Below are positions 16,923 through 25,018 of a stretch of 32,000 nucleotides of DNA, piece by piece (position 1 is the first letter of the stretch; each line of letters opens with the position of its first letter). The stretch is from the NCBI GenBank assembly GCA_022565695.1, contig JAIUME010000007.1:46754-78753 (forward strand), in the 5' to 3' direction. The notes below the pieces were generated by a model. The model was not told the DNA's origin. It did not search any database and saw only the letters and a program-made list of their open reading frames with translations. The translations under genes and the position numbers were made by a program. This DNA is from Alcanivorax sp. (GTDB lineage Bacteria; Pseudomonadota; Gammaproteobacteria; Pseudomonadales; Alcanivoracaceae).

Positions 16923-18008
16923 ATGAAGGTTCTGTGTGTCACGGACCGGGCCGACCGCCCGGAAACCGAACTTTTTATCCGCCTCGCCAGCCGCGTTGAG
17001 CGTCTGGTGGTGATGTGCAATACCACCGGGCGGAACTACCCGTTGCTCGAAGCCGCCGGGGTGCAGGTCATCCCGCTGGCGGTGAAGAGCCGCTTTGATC
17101 GTGATGCCACGCGCCTGATTCGCGAGGAAGTGGAGCGGGGTGACTATGATATTGTCCAGGCCTTCAACTCGCGCGCATTGCCCTGCGTATTACGTGCTGC
17201 GAAGCGCCATCGTGCAAAGCTGCTGGGCTACCGTGGTGTCACCACCGGCGTCAGCTACCTCAAGCCTGAATCCTGGCATACCTATCTGAGCCCGAGACTG
17301 GACGGCATCTTCTGCGTTGCCGAGGCGGTGCGTCGGTCCCTGCTTGACGTGTCCTTCCTGTGGTGGCGTTTCCCCGCCCACAAGGCACAGACGGTCTACA
17401 AGGGACATGAGCGCGCCTGGTATGACGTGCCGGCGGTGTCGCCCGTTACCTTCGGTGTGCCGGAGGGGGCGAAGACGCTGTGCTGCCTGAGCCGCAACAG
17501 CGCCAAGAAAGGCGTGACAACGCTGCTGGACGCGTTTGATCGCCTGCCGTCTGACCTCGATGCTCACCTGTTGCTGGTGGGGCGTATCGATGCCAACGAG
17601 GAGGTGCGCGAGCGTATCAGCCGCTGCGCTCATCCGGAGCGTGTGCATTTCGCGGGTTACCGGGATGATGCTGTGGCGATCATTCGTGGCAGCGATGTGC
17701 TGGTGTCGGCGTCCGAGAGTGGCGAGGGGCTGCCTCGTGTCGTCATTGAAGCCATGTGCGTGGATACCCCGGTGGTGGCTACTGCGGCAGGTGGCACAGA
17801 TGAGCTGGTGCTGGACGGTGTGACGGGGCTGCTGGTGCCACAGCGCGATCCTGACGCGTTGGCAGCGGCAGTCACCCGCACGCTTACCGATGAGCAGGCA
17901 GCGGCACAGCGAGTTGCCACCGCGCGGCGCAGAATAGATGATGTCTTTCACGCGGATCAGACCGTTGAAAATACACTGGCCTGGTACCAGCAACTGCTGG
18001 CCCGCTAA
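16923..18008 (+). CDS. glycosyltransferase family 4 (group 1) LPS core glycosyltransferase
   Basis: MKVLCVTDRAD... at the N-terminus and the C-terminal GT-B signature SESGEGLPRVVIEAMCVDTPVVATAAGGTDELVLDGVTGLLVP. Confidence 0.85.
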   Translation: MKVLCVTDRADRPETELFIRLASRVERLVVMCNTTGRNYPLLEAAGVQVIPLAVKSRFDRDATRLIREEVERGDYDIVQAFNSRALPCVLRAAKRHRAKLLGYRGVTTGVSYLKPESWHTYLSPRLDGIFCVAEAVRRSLLDVSFLWWRFPAHKAQTVYKGHERAWYDVPAVSPVTFGVPEGAKTLCCLSRNSAKKGVTTLLDAFDRLPSDLDAHLLLVGRIDANEEVRERISRCAHPERVHFAGYRDDAVAIIRGSDVLVSASESGEGLPRVVIEAMCVDTPVVATAAGGTDELVLDGVTGLLVPQRDPDALAAAVTRTLTDEQAAAQRVATARRRIDDVFHADQTVENTLAWYQQLLAR

Positions 18009-18032
18009 GCCGCCCATCGAGTGAGGATCGTC

Positions 18033-18629
18033 ATGTCACAGGATGCTGTGCAGCCGGCTGAAAGCTTCCGGGCTGCCCTTGATCGTCACAACGCCACCTT
18101 CGCTCGCATGGCGGATTACCTGCCGCAGGCTGAGCAGCTGTTGGCGCTGACCCGTGAGTGTCTGGCCGCAGGCGGCAAGGTGCTGTGGCTGGGCAATGGC
18201 GGCAGCGCCGCTGACTGCCAGCATCTGGCGGCGGAGTTCATGGTGCGCTACAAGCGAGAGCGCGGTCCGTTATCGTCTATTGCGTTGACCACGGACACCT
18301 CGATTCTTACCGCACACCCGAACGATTACGAATTCGAAACGGTGTTCGAGCGCCAGGTGCGCGGTCTTGCTCGCCCCGGTGATCTGGTGATCGGCCTGAC
18401 CACCTCGGGGCAGAGCAAGAACGTCAATCTGGCGTTGGCAGCGGCCAACGACATCGGTGCCACCAGTGTTGCCTTTACCGGCCGCGATGGCGGTAAGGTT
18501 AAGGATATTGCGCAGTTGTCGATCATCATCGCTTGTGATGAAACGGCCCGGATTCAGGAGGCGCATATGTTTATCGGTCACTGGCTGTGCGAAGCCCTGG
18601 ATACCGCACTCGCTGACGGCGGAGCCTGA
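18033..18629 (+). CDS. gmhA: D-sedoheptulose-7-phosphate isomerase
   Basis: SIS domain: [19 protein letters not shown]...[11 protein letters not shown]...[24 protein letters not shown] sits 5 nt before ATG 18033. Confidence 0.9.
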   Translation: MSQDAVQPAESFRAALDRHNATFARMADYLPQAEQLLALTRECLAAGGKVLWLGNGGSAADCQHLAAEFMVRYKRERGPLSSIALTTDTSILTAHPNDYEFETVFERQVRGLARPGDLVIGLTTSGQSKNVNLALAAANDIGATSVAFTGRDGGKVKDIAQLSIIIACDETARIQEAHMFIGHWLCEALDTALADGGA

Positions 18630-18631
18630 GC

Positions 18632-20071
18632 ATGGCTGATATGTCACATCTGAGTCGTCTGGGTGATGCCGCCGTGCTGGTAATTGGCGATGTCATGCTG
18701 GACCGCTACTTCAATGGGGATACCCATCGCATATCACCTGAAGCGCCCGTGCCGGTCGTGCATGTGGCGGGTATTGAGGATAAGGCCGGCGGTGCGGCCA
18801 ACGTGGCGCGCAATATCGCGCACCTGGATGGCCGGGTCGGGCTGCTGGGTCTGATCGGTGAAGACCGTGAGGGTGCGGCGCTGCGCGATATCCTGGTAGC
18901 CGAGCGCATTCACTCGGAGCTGCTGAGTGACCCTGCTTTGCGCACCATCGCCAAGATGCGCATCATCTCCCGTCATCAGCAGGTTGTGCGACTGGATATG
19001 GAAGAGCCCTTCCCTGAAGTGGCGGCGGAACGCCTGGCCACGCGTAGCGCGGCACTGCTGGATGATTACGACACCGTTATCATCAGCGATTACAACAAGG
19101 GCGCCCTGCGCCGTGTTGGCGACATCATTCAGGCGGCCCGTGTGGCGGGCAAGACCGTGCTGGTAGATCCCAAGCAAGCGGATTTCGCGGTCTATCGTGG
19201 CGCCGATGTGATTACGCCGAACCTGTCTGAGTTTCGGTTGGCGGGCGGCCTCACCGGCAGCGAGGCAGAGATGCTGGCCTCTGCCCGCGATATGCTGGCT
19301 CGCGCAGGCATCACCGCGATGCTGCTGACCCGCAGCGAGCAGGGCATGAGCCTGATTACTGCAGACAGCCATCATCATTTCCCTGCGGAAGTGCTGGAGG
19401 TCAGTGATGTGACCGGCGCGGGAGACACCGTCATCGCGACACTGGGCGCTCTGCTGAGTGCCGGGGTGCCGCTGGCGGACGCAGCCGAGCTGGCCAATTT
19501 GGCGGCTGGCATTGTGGTTGGCAAGCTTGGCGCGGCCACCGTCTCGCCGGAAGAGCTGGCAGCACGCATCAGTCGCACCCGACATGCGGCGGGGTACGCC
19601 CCCACTGCAGCCCAGGCGCTGCAGCACATCGCATTTGCCCGGGCGCAAGGCGAACGCATCGTCTTTACCAATGGCTGTTTCGATATCCTCCATGCGGGCC
19701 ATGTGCGTTACCTGGCCCAGGCCCGTGCTTTGGGTGACCGGCTGGTGGTGGGGCTGAACAGTGATGCTTCGGTTCGCCGCCTCAAGGGCGACAGTCGCCC
19801 GGTCAATACGCTGGAAGACCGCGCCGAGGTGCTGCGAGCTCTGGCGTGCGTTGACTGGGTGCTGCCGTTTGGCGAGGACGCCGTCGAGCAGGATACGCCC
19901 GCGCGCCTGATTGAACAGGTGTGTCCGCAGGTGTTGGCCAAAGGCGGTGACTACACCGTGGACACCATTGTCGGCGCTGATTTTGTTCAGGCCAATGGTG
20001 GCGAAGTGCATGTATTGCCGTTGGTCGAAGGCCGCTCTACCAGTGCCGTTATCAATAAGGTTCGGGGCTGA
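18632..20071 (+). CDS. hldE: bifunctional D-beta-D-heptose 7-phosphate kinase / D-beta-D-heptose 1-phosphate adenylyltransferase
   Basis: 479 aa. The N-terminal half is a ribokinase-like domain ([12 protein letters not shown]...GGAANVARN...DVTGAGDTV). The C-terminal half is a cytidylyltransferase-like domain ([18 protein letters not shown]). Confidence 0.95.
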   Translation: MADMSHLSRLGDAAVLVIGDVMLDRYFNGDTHRISPEAPVPVVHVAGIEDKAGGAANVARNIAHLDGRVGLLGLIGEDREGAALRDILVAERIHSELLSDPALRTIAKMRIISRHQQVVRLDMEEPFPEVAAERLATRSAALLDDYDTVIISDYNKGALRRVGDIIQAARVAGKTVLVDPKQADFAVYRGADVITPNLSEFRLAGGLTGSEAEMLASARDMLARAGITAMLLTRSEQGMSLITADSHHHFPAEVLEVSDVTGAGDTVIATLGALLSAGVPLADAAELANLAAGIVVGKLGAATVSPEELAARISRTRHAAGYAPTAAQALQHIAFARAQGERIVFTNGCFDILHAGHVRYLAQARALGDRLVVGLNSDASVRRLKGDSRPVNTLEDRAEVLRALACVDWVLPFGEDAVEQDTPARLIEQVCPQVLAKGGDYTVDTIVGADFVQANGGEVHVLPLVEGRSTSAVINKVRG

Positions 20072-20075
20072 TACA

Positions 20076-21134
20076 TTGAGTACCTCCGCAAGTACGGCGC
20101 CGTCTTCCCTCTGCATCTTGCGTCTGTCCGCCATCGGCGATGCCTGCAACGCGGCGTCGGTGGTTCAGGCGATCCAGCGGCATTACCCGGAGGTTCGCAT
20201 CACCTGGGTAATTGGTCGTGTCGAAGCGGCGCTGTTGGGGAATCTGCCGGGCATCGAATTCATCATCTTTGACAAGAGCAGGGGCTGGCGCGCGTACCGT
20301 GACCTGTACCAGGCCCTGGCGGGTCGCCGTTTCGATGTGCTGCTACACATGCAGCTTGCGCTGCGTGCGAATATTGCCAGCTTGTGTATCCGCGCTCGCC
20401 GTCGCATCGGCTTTGACAGGGCGCGCGCCAAGGAACTGCACGGTCTGTTTATCAACGAACGCATCGGTCCCCGCGAAGGCATGCATGTGCTGGATGGCTT
20501 TCGCCAGTTCGCCACGGCCATCGGTGTGCCGGCGGCGCCGCCGGAATGGGCACTGCCCGTGGCCGACGCTGATCGTGACTGGGCGCGCCAACAATGGATT
20601 GGCGATGCCCGTGGCCACCTGATTCTGGTGCCTGCCGCCTCGGCGCTTGAGCGGAACTGGCGCGTCGAACGCTACGCTGCGCTTGCGGCCCATGCGGCCG
20701 GACAGGGTTTTGCGGTGTATCTGTGTGGCGGGCCCACCGACACCGAGCGGCGCCTGGCTGCCGAGATCATCGCGCAAAGCAGTGTGCCCCTGGTCGATCT
20801 GGTGGGACGCAGCAGTCTGCGCCAGTTGTATGCGCTGTTGCAGCAGGCCAGTCTGGTGGTGGCACCGGATACCGGGCCGGTGCATATGGCGGTGGCGGCG
20901 GGCACACCGGTGATCGGCCTTTACGGCCACAGCAATCCTGATCGCACCGGCCCCTACCGTTTCCGCGACTATGTGGTGGACACCTATCACGATGCCCTGG
21001 CAGCCCAGCGCGGCAAGACCGCTGACGATGCGCGCTGGGGCCAGCGTGTCTACGGTGATGACCTGATGGATGCCATCACGGTGGAGCAGGTCACGGCCAT
21101 GTTCGATCGGGTGGTGGCGGAGCAGGGGCTGTGA
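20076..21134 (+). CDS. glycosyltransferase family 9 (LPS heptosyltransferase, WaaC/WaaF family)
   Basis: ILRLSAIGDACNAASVVQAI...PDTGPVHMAVAAGTPVIGLYG are GT9 hallmarks. The proposed TTG start at 20076 lies 4 nt after the hldE stop. The track ORF start at 19911 would overlap hldE by 160 nt. Confidence 0.85.
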   Translation: MSTSASTAPSSLCILRLSAIGDACNAASVVQAIQRHYPEVRITWVIGRVEAALLGNLPGIEFIIFDKSRGWRAYRDLYQALAGRRFDVLLHMQLALRANIASLCIRARRRIGFDRARAKELHGLFINERIGPREGMHVLDGFRQFATAIGVPAAPPEWALPVADADRDWARQQWIGDARGHLILVPAASALERNWRVERYAALAAHAAGQGFAVYLCGGPTDTERRLAAEIIAQSSVPLVDLVGRSSLRQLYALLQQASLVVAPDTGPVHMAVAAGTPVIGLYGHSNPDRTGPYRFRDYVVDTYHDALAAQRGKTADDARWGQRVYGDDLMDAITVEQVTAMFDRVVAEQGL

Positions 21135-21703
21135 GCGCAGTCCGGGGCGTCAAGGCGGCCTTTCTGGACCGCGATGGCGTGATCAATGTCGACCATGGCT
21201 ATGTGCATCGTCCGGAAGATTTCACCTTCATCGACGGCGTCTTCGAAGGCTGTCGGCATCTGCAGTCCCTCGGGTATCGATTGATTGTGGTCACCAACCA
21301 GTCCGGCATTGCCCGTGGGTATTTTACCGAAGCAGATTTCCATGCCCTGTGTGACTGGATGCGTGCCCGGTTTCAGGAGCAGGGTGTCACCCTGGACGGT
21401 ATCTATTTCTGCCCGCATCACCCGGATTACATGGCGTGCGATTGCCGCAAGCCGGCGCCGGGCATGTTATTGCAGGCGATTCGGGAGCATGGCATTGATC
21501 CGGCTCGCAGCCTGATGCTGGGTGACAAAGCCGCAGATATGGCCGCCGCTGCTGCAGCGGGTGTCGGACGTCGTATACTGGTGCGTTCCGGGCAGCCTTT
21601 CAGTGCAGTGGACGGCGCGGCGGATACTGCCCAGGCAGACGAAATCTGGGATAGCATTCGCGAGGCGCCACAGCGGGTTCTCCCGGACAGCCCTGAAAGA
21701 TGA
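21131..21703 (+). CDS. gmhB: D-glycero-beta-D-manno-heptose 1,7-bisphosphate 7-phosphatase
   Basis: HAD motifs FLDRDGVIN and VVTNQSGIARG, plus the zinc-loop sequence CPHHPD...CDCRKPAPGM. The GTG start forms a GTGA overlap with the GT9 stop. Confidence 0.9.
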   Translation: MSAVRGVKAAFLDRDGVINVDHGYVHRPEDFTFIDGVFEGCRHLQSLGYRLIVVTNQSGIARGYFTEADFHALCDWMRARFQEQGVTLDGIYFCPHHPDYMACDCRKPAPGMLLQAIREHGIDPARSLMLGDKAADMAAAAAAGVGRRILVRSGQPFSAVDGAADTAQADEIWDSIREAPQRVLPDSPER

Positions 21704-21706
21704 CAA

Positions 21707-23053
21707 GTGCGGCCGGAGGAGTCCTCGTTACGCATGCTGACCAGGCCATCACAACAACCTGATCTTTACCGAGGCGCCTATAGCGCCCTGCTGTATCTGC
21801 TCGCGCCCCTGATCATGCTGCGCCTGCTCTGGCCACGCCGGGGCAAGCCCGGGCATGGCCGTCGCTGGCCGGAGCTGCTTGGGCGTGGGCCAGCGCCCCA
21901 AGGGGCGTCGCCGATCTGGCTGCACGCTGTGAGCGTGGGCGAGGTGGTGGCTGCCGGGCCGATCATCCGGGCCTTGCGAGAGCGCTATCCTGATCTGCCG
22001 ATCCTGCTGACCACCACCACGCGCACCGGCGCGGATGCGGCGGCGGGCCTGCTGCGTGACCCCCTGATCACGCACCGGTACGCGCCGCTGGACTTCCCCG
22101 GGGCTGTGGTGCGCTTTCTCAGACGCTACCAGCCACTGGCCATGCTGTTGATGGAGACCGAGCTCTGGCCCAATCAGCTTGCGGCCTGCCGCCGCAGGGG
22201 CATGCCGGTGGTCCTGCTCAATGCGCGTCTGTCAGAGCGCTCCTGTCGTCGTTACCAGCGCTTTCAGGGCTTGTTTGACAGCCTGGCGAGCAACCTGACG
22301 TTGTTGCTGTGCCAGCATCAGGATGATGCCGACCGCTTTGCCCGGCTGGGTGTCGATGTCGCGCACCTGCGCGTCACCGGGTCGGTGAAATTCGATATCA
22401 CCTATGCACAGGCTGTGACCGACGCCGGGCTGGCGTTACGGGGCCAGCTTGGCGAGTCCCGGCCCGTCTGGATAGCGGCCAGCACCCATGAGGGCGAAGA
22501 TGAGCAGGTGCTGAAGGCATTTGCGCGGGTGCGGGCTGTGGTGCCGCAGGCATTGCTGATCTTGGTGCCGCGTCATCCACAGCGTTTTGACAGCGTTTTC
22601 GCACTGTGTCGCAGCCATGGCTTTGTCACGGTGCGTCGCTCGGATGGTGTGGCGCCGGGTGCCGGCATTCAGGTGTATCTCGGCGATACCATGGGGGAGT
22701 TGCCGCTGATGTTTGCGGCATCGGATCTGGCATTCGTCGGCGGTAGCCTGGTGGACGTGGGCGGGCATAACCTGCTGGAGCCTGCCGCACTGGGCAAGGC
22801 GGCGTTGACCGGCCCGCATTATTTCAACTTCAGTGACATCACCCGGCAGCTGCTGGCCGAACGTGCGGTGCAGGAGGTGGCGGATGCCGATGCCCTGGCT
22901 GATGCCGTCCTGGCCCTGTTTGCCGATGCTGACGAGCGCGCTCGAATGGGTGCCGCAGGTCAGGCCGTCGTGCAGGCCAATCAAGGTGCCTTGCAGCGCA
23001 CCATGGCGGCTCTCGAAACCACCCTTCAGATACCGGTTACTGCGGCGGACTGA
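21707..23053 (+). CDS. waaA: 3-deoxy-D-manno-octulosonic acid (Kdo) transferase, copy 1
   Basis: WLHAVSVGE...LLMETELWPN...VWIAASTHEGEDE...LVPRHPQRF...VYLGDTMGEL...FVGGSLV..GGHNLLEPAA are GT30 WaaA signatures. Start at GTG 21707 or ATG 21734. Confidence 0.9.
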   Translation: MRPEESSLRMLTRPSQQPDLYRGAYSALLYLLAPLIMLRLLWPRRGKPGHGRRWPELLGRGPAPQGASPIWLHAVSVGEVVAAGPIIRALRERYPDLPILLTTTTRTGADAAAGLLRDPLITHRYAPLDFPGAVVRFLRRYQPLAMLLMETELWPNQLAACRRRGMPVVLLNARLSERSCRRYQRFQGLFDSLASNLTLLLCQHQDDADRFARLGVDVAHLRVTGSVKFDITYAQAVTDAGLALRGQLGESRPVWIAASTHEGEDEQVLKAFARVRAVVPQALLILVPRHPQRFDSVFALCRSHGFVTVRRSDGVAPGAGIQVYLGDTMGELPLMFAASDLAFVGGSLVDVGGHNLLEPAALGKAALTGPHYFNFSDITRQLLAERAVQEVADADALADAVLALFADADERARMGAAGQAVVQANQGALQRTMAALETTLQIPVTAAD

Positions 23054-23804
23054 CCGCTGTCGCCGCGTTGTAGCCAGCCATGAGCGCGCTGAAATCACTT
23101 TCCTGCCAGTGCCATTGGGCCTGCTTGCCGGCTTCCTTGCGCAGTGAGCGCAGCAGCCGGGCCAGGTTGGCCTGTTGCCAGCGGCCGGGTTTGCGCAGGC
23201 GGCACTTGTCGAAATCGATCAGCCAGGGGCGATGCTGCGCGTCCAGCAGAATGTTATGGCTGTTCAGGTCAGCGTGGTACACCCCGGCCTGATGCATGCG
23301 GCCGATGGCGCGGCCGATGTCCCGCCAGTGATCCTGCGCCAGCGGGGACTCCTGCAGCAGGGCGACCAGATCCCGGGCGCCGGGGATGCGCTCGATGATC
23401 AGGGCGGCGCGGTAGAACAGCAGGCTGTCCCGAAACATGGCGGCGGCGCAGGGGCGGGGCACGGACAGGCCCAGCTGGCGCATGTGGGCCAGCAGAGCGA
23501 ATTCGCGCATCGCGCGGCTTCGGGCCACGGGCTGGATCAGGTAGCGGTCGGTCAGCAGGCGATGAAACAGGCCGCCGCGCCAGTAGCGGCGCAACACCAT
23601 GTGGCGCTCGCCATCACGGATGAACCAGGTCGTGCCTCGCCCGACGGAGGTGCCTGTCACCGCCTGACGGGCTTCCCAGTAGGCGGCATCAAAGCAATCC
23701 GGTGAAAAGTCGCTGAAGCACGCGGGATCAAAGCGGAAGTGGTCGCCATCCCGGCTCAGTGTCCGGGTGTCGTGCTGGCGGGTGTCGTGCCTGTCTGTCT
23801 GCAT
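23037..23804 (-). CDS. kdkA: 3-deoxy-D-manno-octulosonic acid kinase
   Basis: VLRRYWRGGL...REFALLAHMRQLGLSVPRP...IIERIPGARDL...GRMHQAGVYHADLNSHNILLD...WLIDFDK is the KdkA lipopolysaccharide-kinase fold. ATG 23804 is preceded by GGGGGGAG. The track ORF extends to 23891 into lpxL. Confidence 0.85.
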   Translation of the reverse strand: MQTDRHDTRQHDTRTLSRDGDHFRFDPACFSDFSPDCFDAAYWEARQAVTGTSVGRGTTWFIRDGERHMVLRRYWRGGLFHRLLTDRYLIQPVARSRAMREFALLAHMRQLGLSVPRPCAAAMFRDSLLFYRAALIIERIPGARDLVALLQESPLAQDHWRDIGRAIGRMHQAGVYHADLNSHNILLDAQHRPWLIDFDKCRLRKPGRWQQANLARLLRSLRKEAGKQAQWHWQESDFSALMAGYNAATAVSPPQ

Positions 23805-23824
23805 GTTGCTCCCCCCGAGGCCGA

Positions 23825-24769
23825 TCAGTCGGCCTTCTTCTTGTAAGGATTGCTGCCATCCGGCTGATGCTTGAAGCGTCGGTGGACCCACAGATACTGT
23901 TCCGGCGCCTTGCGCACCTCGGCTTCGATCAGTGCGTTGATGCGGGCGGTGTCCGCGACCTCGTCCCCTGAGGGAAAGTCCGTCAGCGGTTCACCCACGG
24001 TAATCCGGTAGCGCCCCCCGGGCAGCCGGAAATGGGAAATGGTCAGCACCCGAGCGCCGGTCATTTTGGCCAGTCGTGATGTGGCGGTAATGGTGGCCGC
24101 TGGCACACCGAAAAAAGGCGCGAACACGGCATTGCGCAAGCCATAGTCCTGGTCCGGGGCATACCAGACGGTGTCGCCGCGCTTCAGTGCCCGGATCATG
24201 CTGCGGACATCCTTGCGGTCGATGTAGGCCTTGACGGTGGCGTCCGCGCCCTGGCCTCCTCTGCCACGGCTGATCATGTATTCCAGTACCGGATTGTTGT
24301 TCGGCCGGTACACGGAACAGAACTCGGTGTATGCGGGGATCAGGCGGCTGCCAACGTCGATGGAGTTGAGGTGCATGCCGACCAGCAGAACGCCTTTGCC
24401 TTCCTGTTGTACGGCACGCAGGTGCTCCAGCCCCTCGAATTCCAGACGCGCATGCAGGTCCACGCGCCGGTTGGCGTAGGCGCCGGCGATTTCCAGCATG
24501 GCCTCGCCGGTGCTGATGATCGTCTGGCGCGCGAGGGCAAGCTGTTCTGCCTCCGTGAGCGACGGGAAACACAGACGGATATTGGTCACGGCGATATCGC
24601 GCCGCGTGCCGCCCACCCGCCAGACCAGCGCCCCCACGCCACGTCCCAGTGCCAACAGCATGTTCCACGGCAGTTGGCCCACCAGCCAGATGAGCGCGAC
24701 CAGCAACCAGCTGCCCCAGTAGCGGGGGTGGGCCAGAGAGGCGTTGGAAGAGGGCGTCTTTTTGTTCAT
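23825..24769 (-). CDS. lpxL: lipid A biosynthesis lauroyl/myristoyl (Kdo-dependent late) acyltransferase
   Basis: 314 aa. HPRYWGSWLLVALIWLVGQLP gives an N-terminal membrane anchor. VAVTNIRLCFP-type, GVLLVGMHLNSIDVG and YAPDQDYG match the HtrB/MsbB (LpxL/LpxM) family. Confidence 0.9.
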   Translation of the reverse strand: MNKKTPSSNASLAHPRYWGSWLLVALIWLVGQLPWNMLLALGRGVGALVWRVGGTRRDIAVTNIRLCFPSLTEAEQLALARQTIISTGEAMLEIAGAYANRRVDLHARLEFEGLEHLRAVQQEGKGVLLVGMHLNSIDVGSRLIPAYTEFCSVYRPNNNPVLEYMISRGRGGQGADATVKAYIDRKDVRSMIRALKRGDTVWYAPDQDYGLRNAVFAPFFGVPAATITATSRLAKMTGARVLTISHFRLPGGRYRITVGEPLTDFPSGDEVADTARINALIEAEVRKAPEQYLWVHRRFKHQPDGSNPYKKKAD

Positions 24770-25018
24770 CTGGTGGTTCCGACTGGTTGTTCAGATGGGG
24801 CACGTTGTAAAGAGTGGGGTCGAGTATAGCGTGGCAAGTTTACGGGTGCTTTCCGGTGACTGCCATCGGTGTGTCCGAAGCGGCGCGTTTTGCGGCCTGG
24901 CGCACTGTCGGGGCGCGGTCTGAGGGAAAGCGCTGTGTTACAATTGCTTGCCGCCGGGGTTGCCGGATGCGTGTCGCTGCGAACTGCCGGCGGCACCCTG
25001 TGACGATGGATCGTTGAT

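Noticed and set aside
19911-20075. Upstream extension of the GT9 ORF (track start 19911) overlapping hldE by about 160 nt
   Set aside because: The extension is out-of-frame read-through of the hldE 3' end and adds no GT9-like sequence. An in-frame TTG at 20076, 4 nt after the hldE stop, gives a normal-length GT9 protein beginning just before the conserved ILRLSAIGD.
18734-20149. 471-aa minus-strand ORF
   Set aside because: It is antisense to hldE. Other shadow ORFs of the same kind are 2298..3242, 17190..18017, 20343..20990, 22436..23098, 29541..30377, 30392..31138 and 31065..31892.
22739-22750. GGCGGTAGCCTG, a match to the RfaH-recruiting ops element consensus (GGCGGTAGnnTG) inside an LPS operon
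   Set aside because: It lies inside the waaA copy 1 coding sequence, about 300 nt before the stop, with no downstream gene to antiterminate into. It encodes the conserved WaaA peptide FVGGSLV (GGC GGT AGC), so the match is best explained by codon choice. No ops or JUMPStart-like sequence was seen in the operon leaders at 9034-9105 or 16803-16922.
23991-24803. 270-aa minus-strand ORF in an alternative frame overlapping lpxL
   Set aside because: It is on the same strand as lpxL but out of frame with it. The product is Pro/Arg/Gly-rich with no motifs, whereas the lpxL frame has the HtrB/MsbB family blocks.
24949-24995. 9-bp inverted repeat TGCCGCCGG ... CCGGCGGCA in the lpxL / waaA copy 2 divergent region
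   Set aside because: A GC-rich 9-mer inverted repeat with a 29-nt loop is not unusual in 62% GC intergenic DNA. No second copy or associated motif was seen, so there is too little to call a regulatory element or REP-type repeat.
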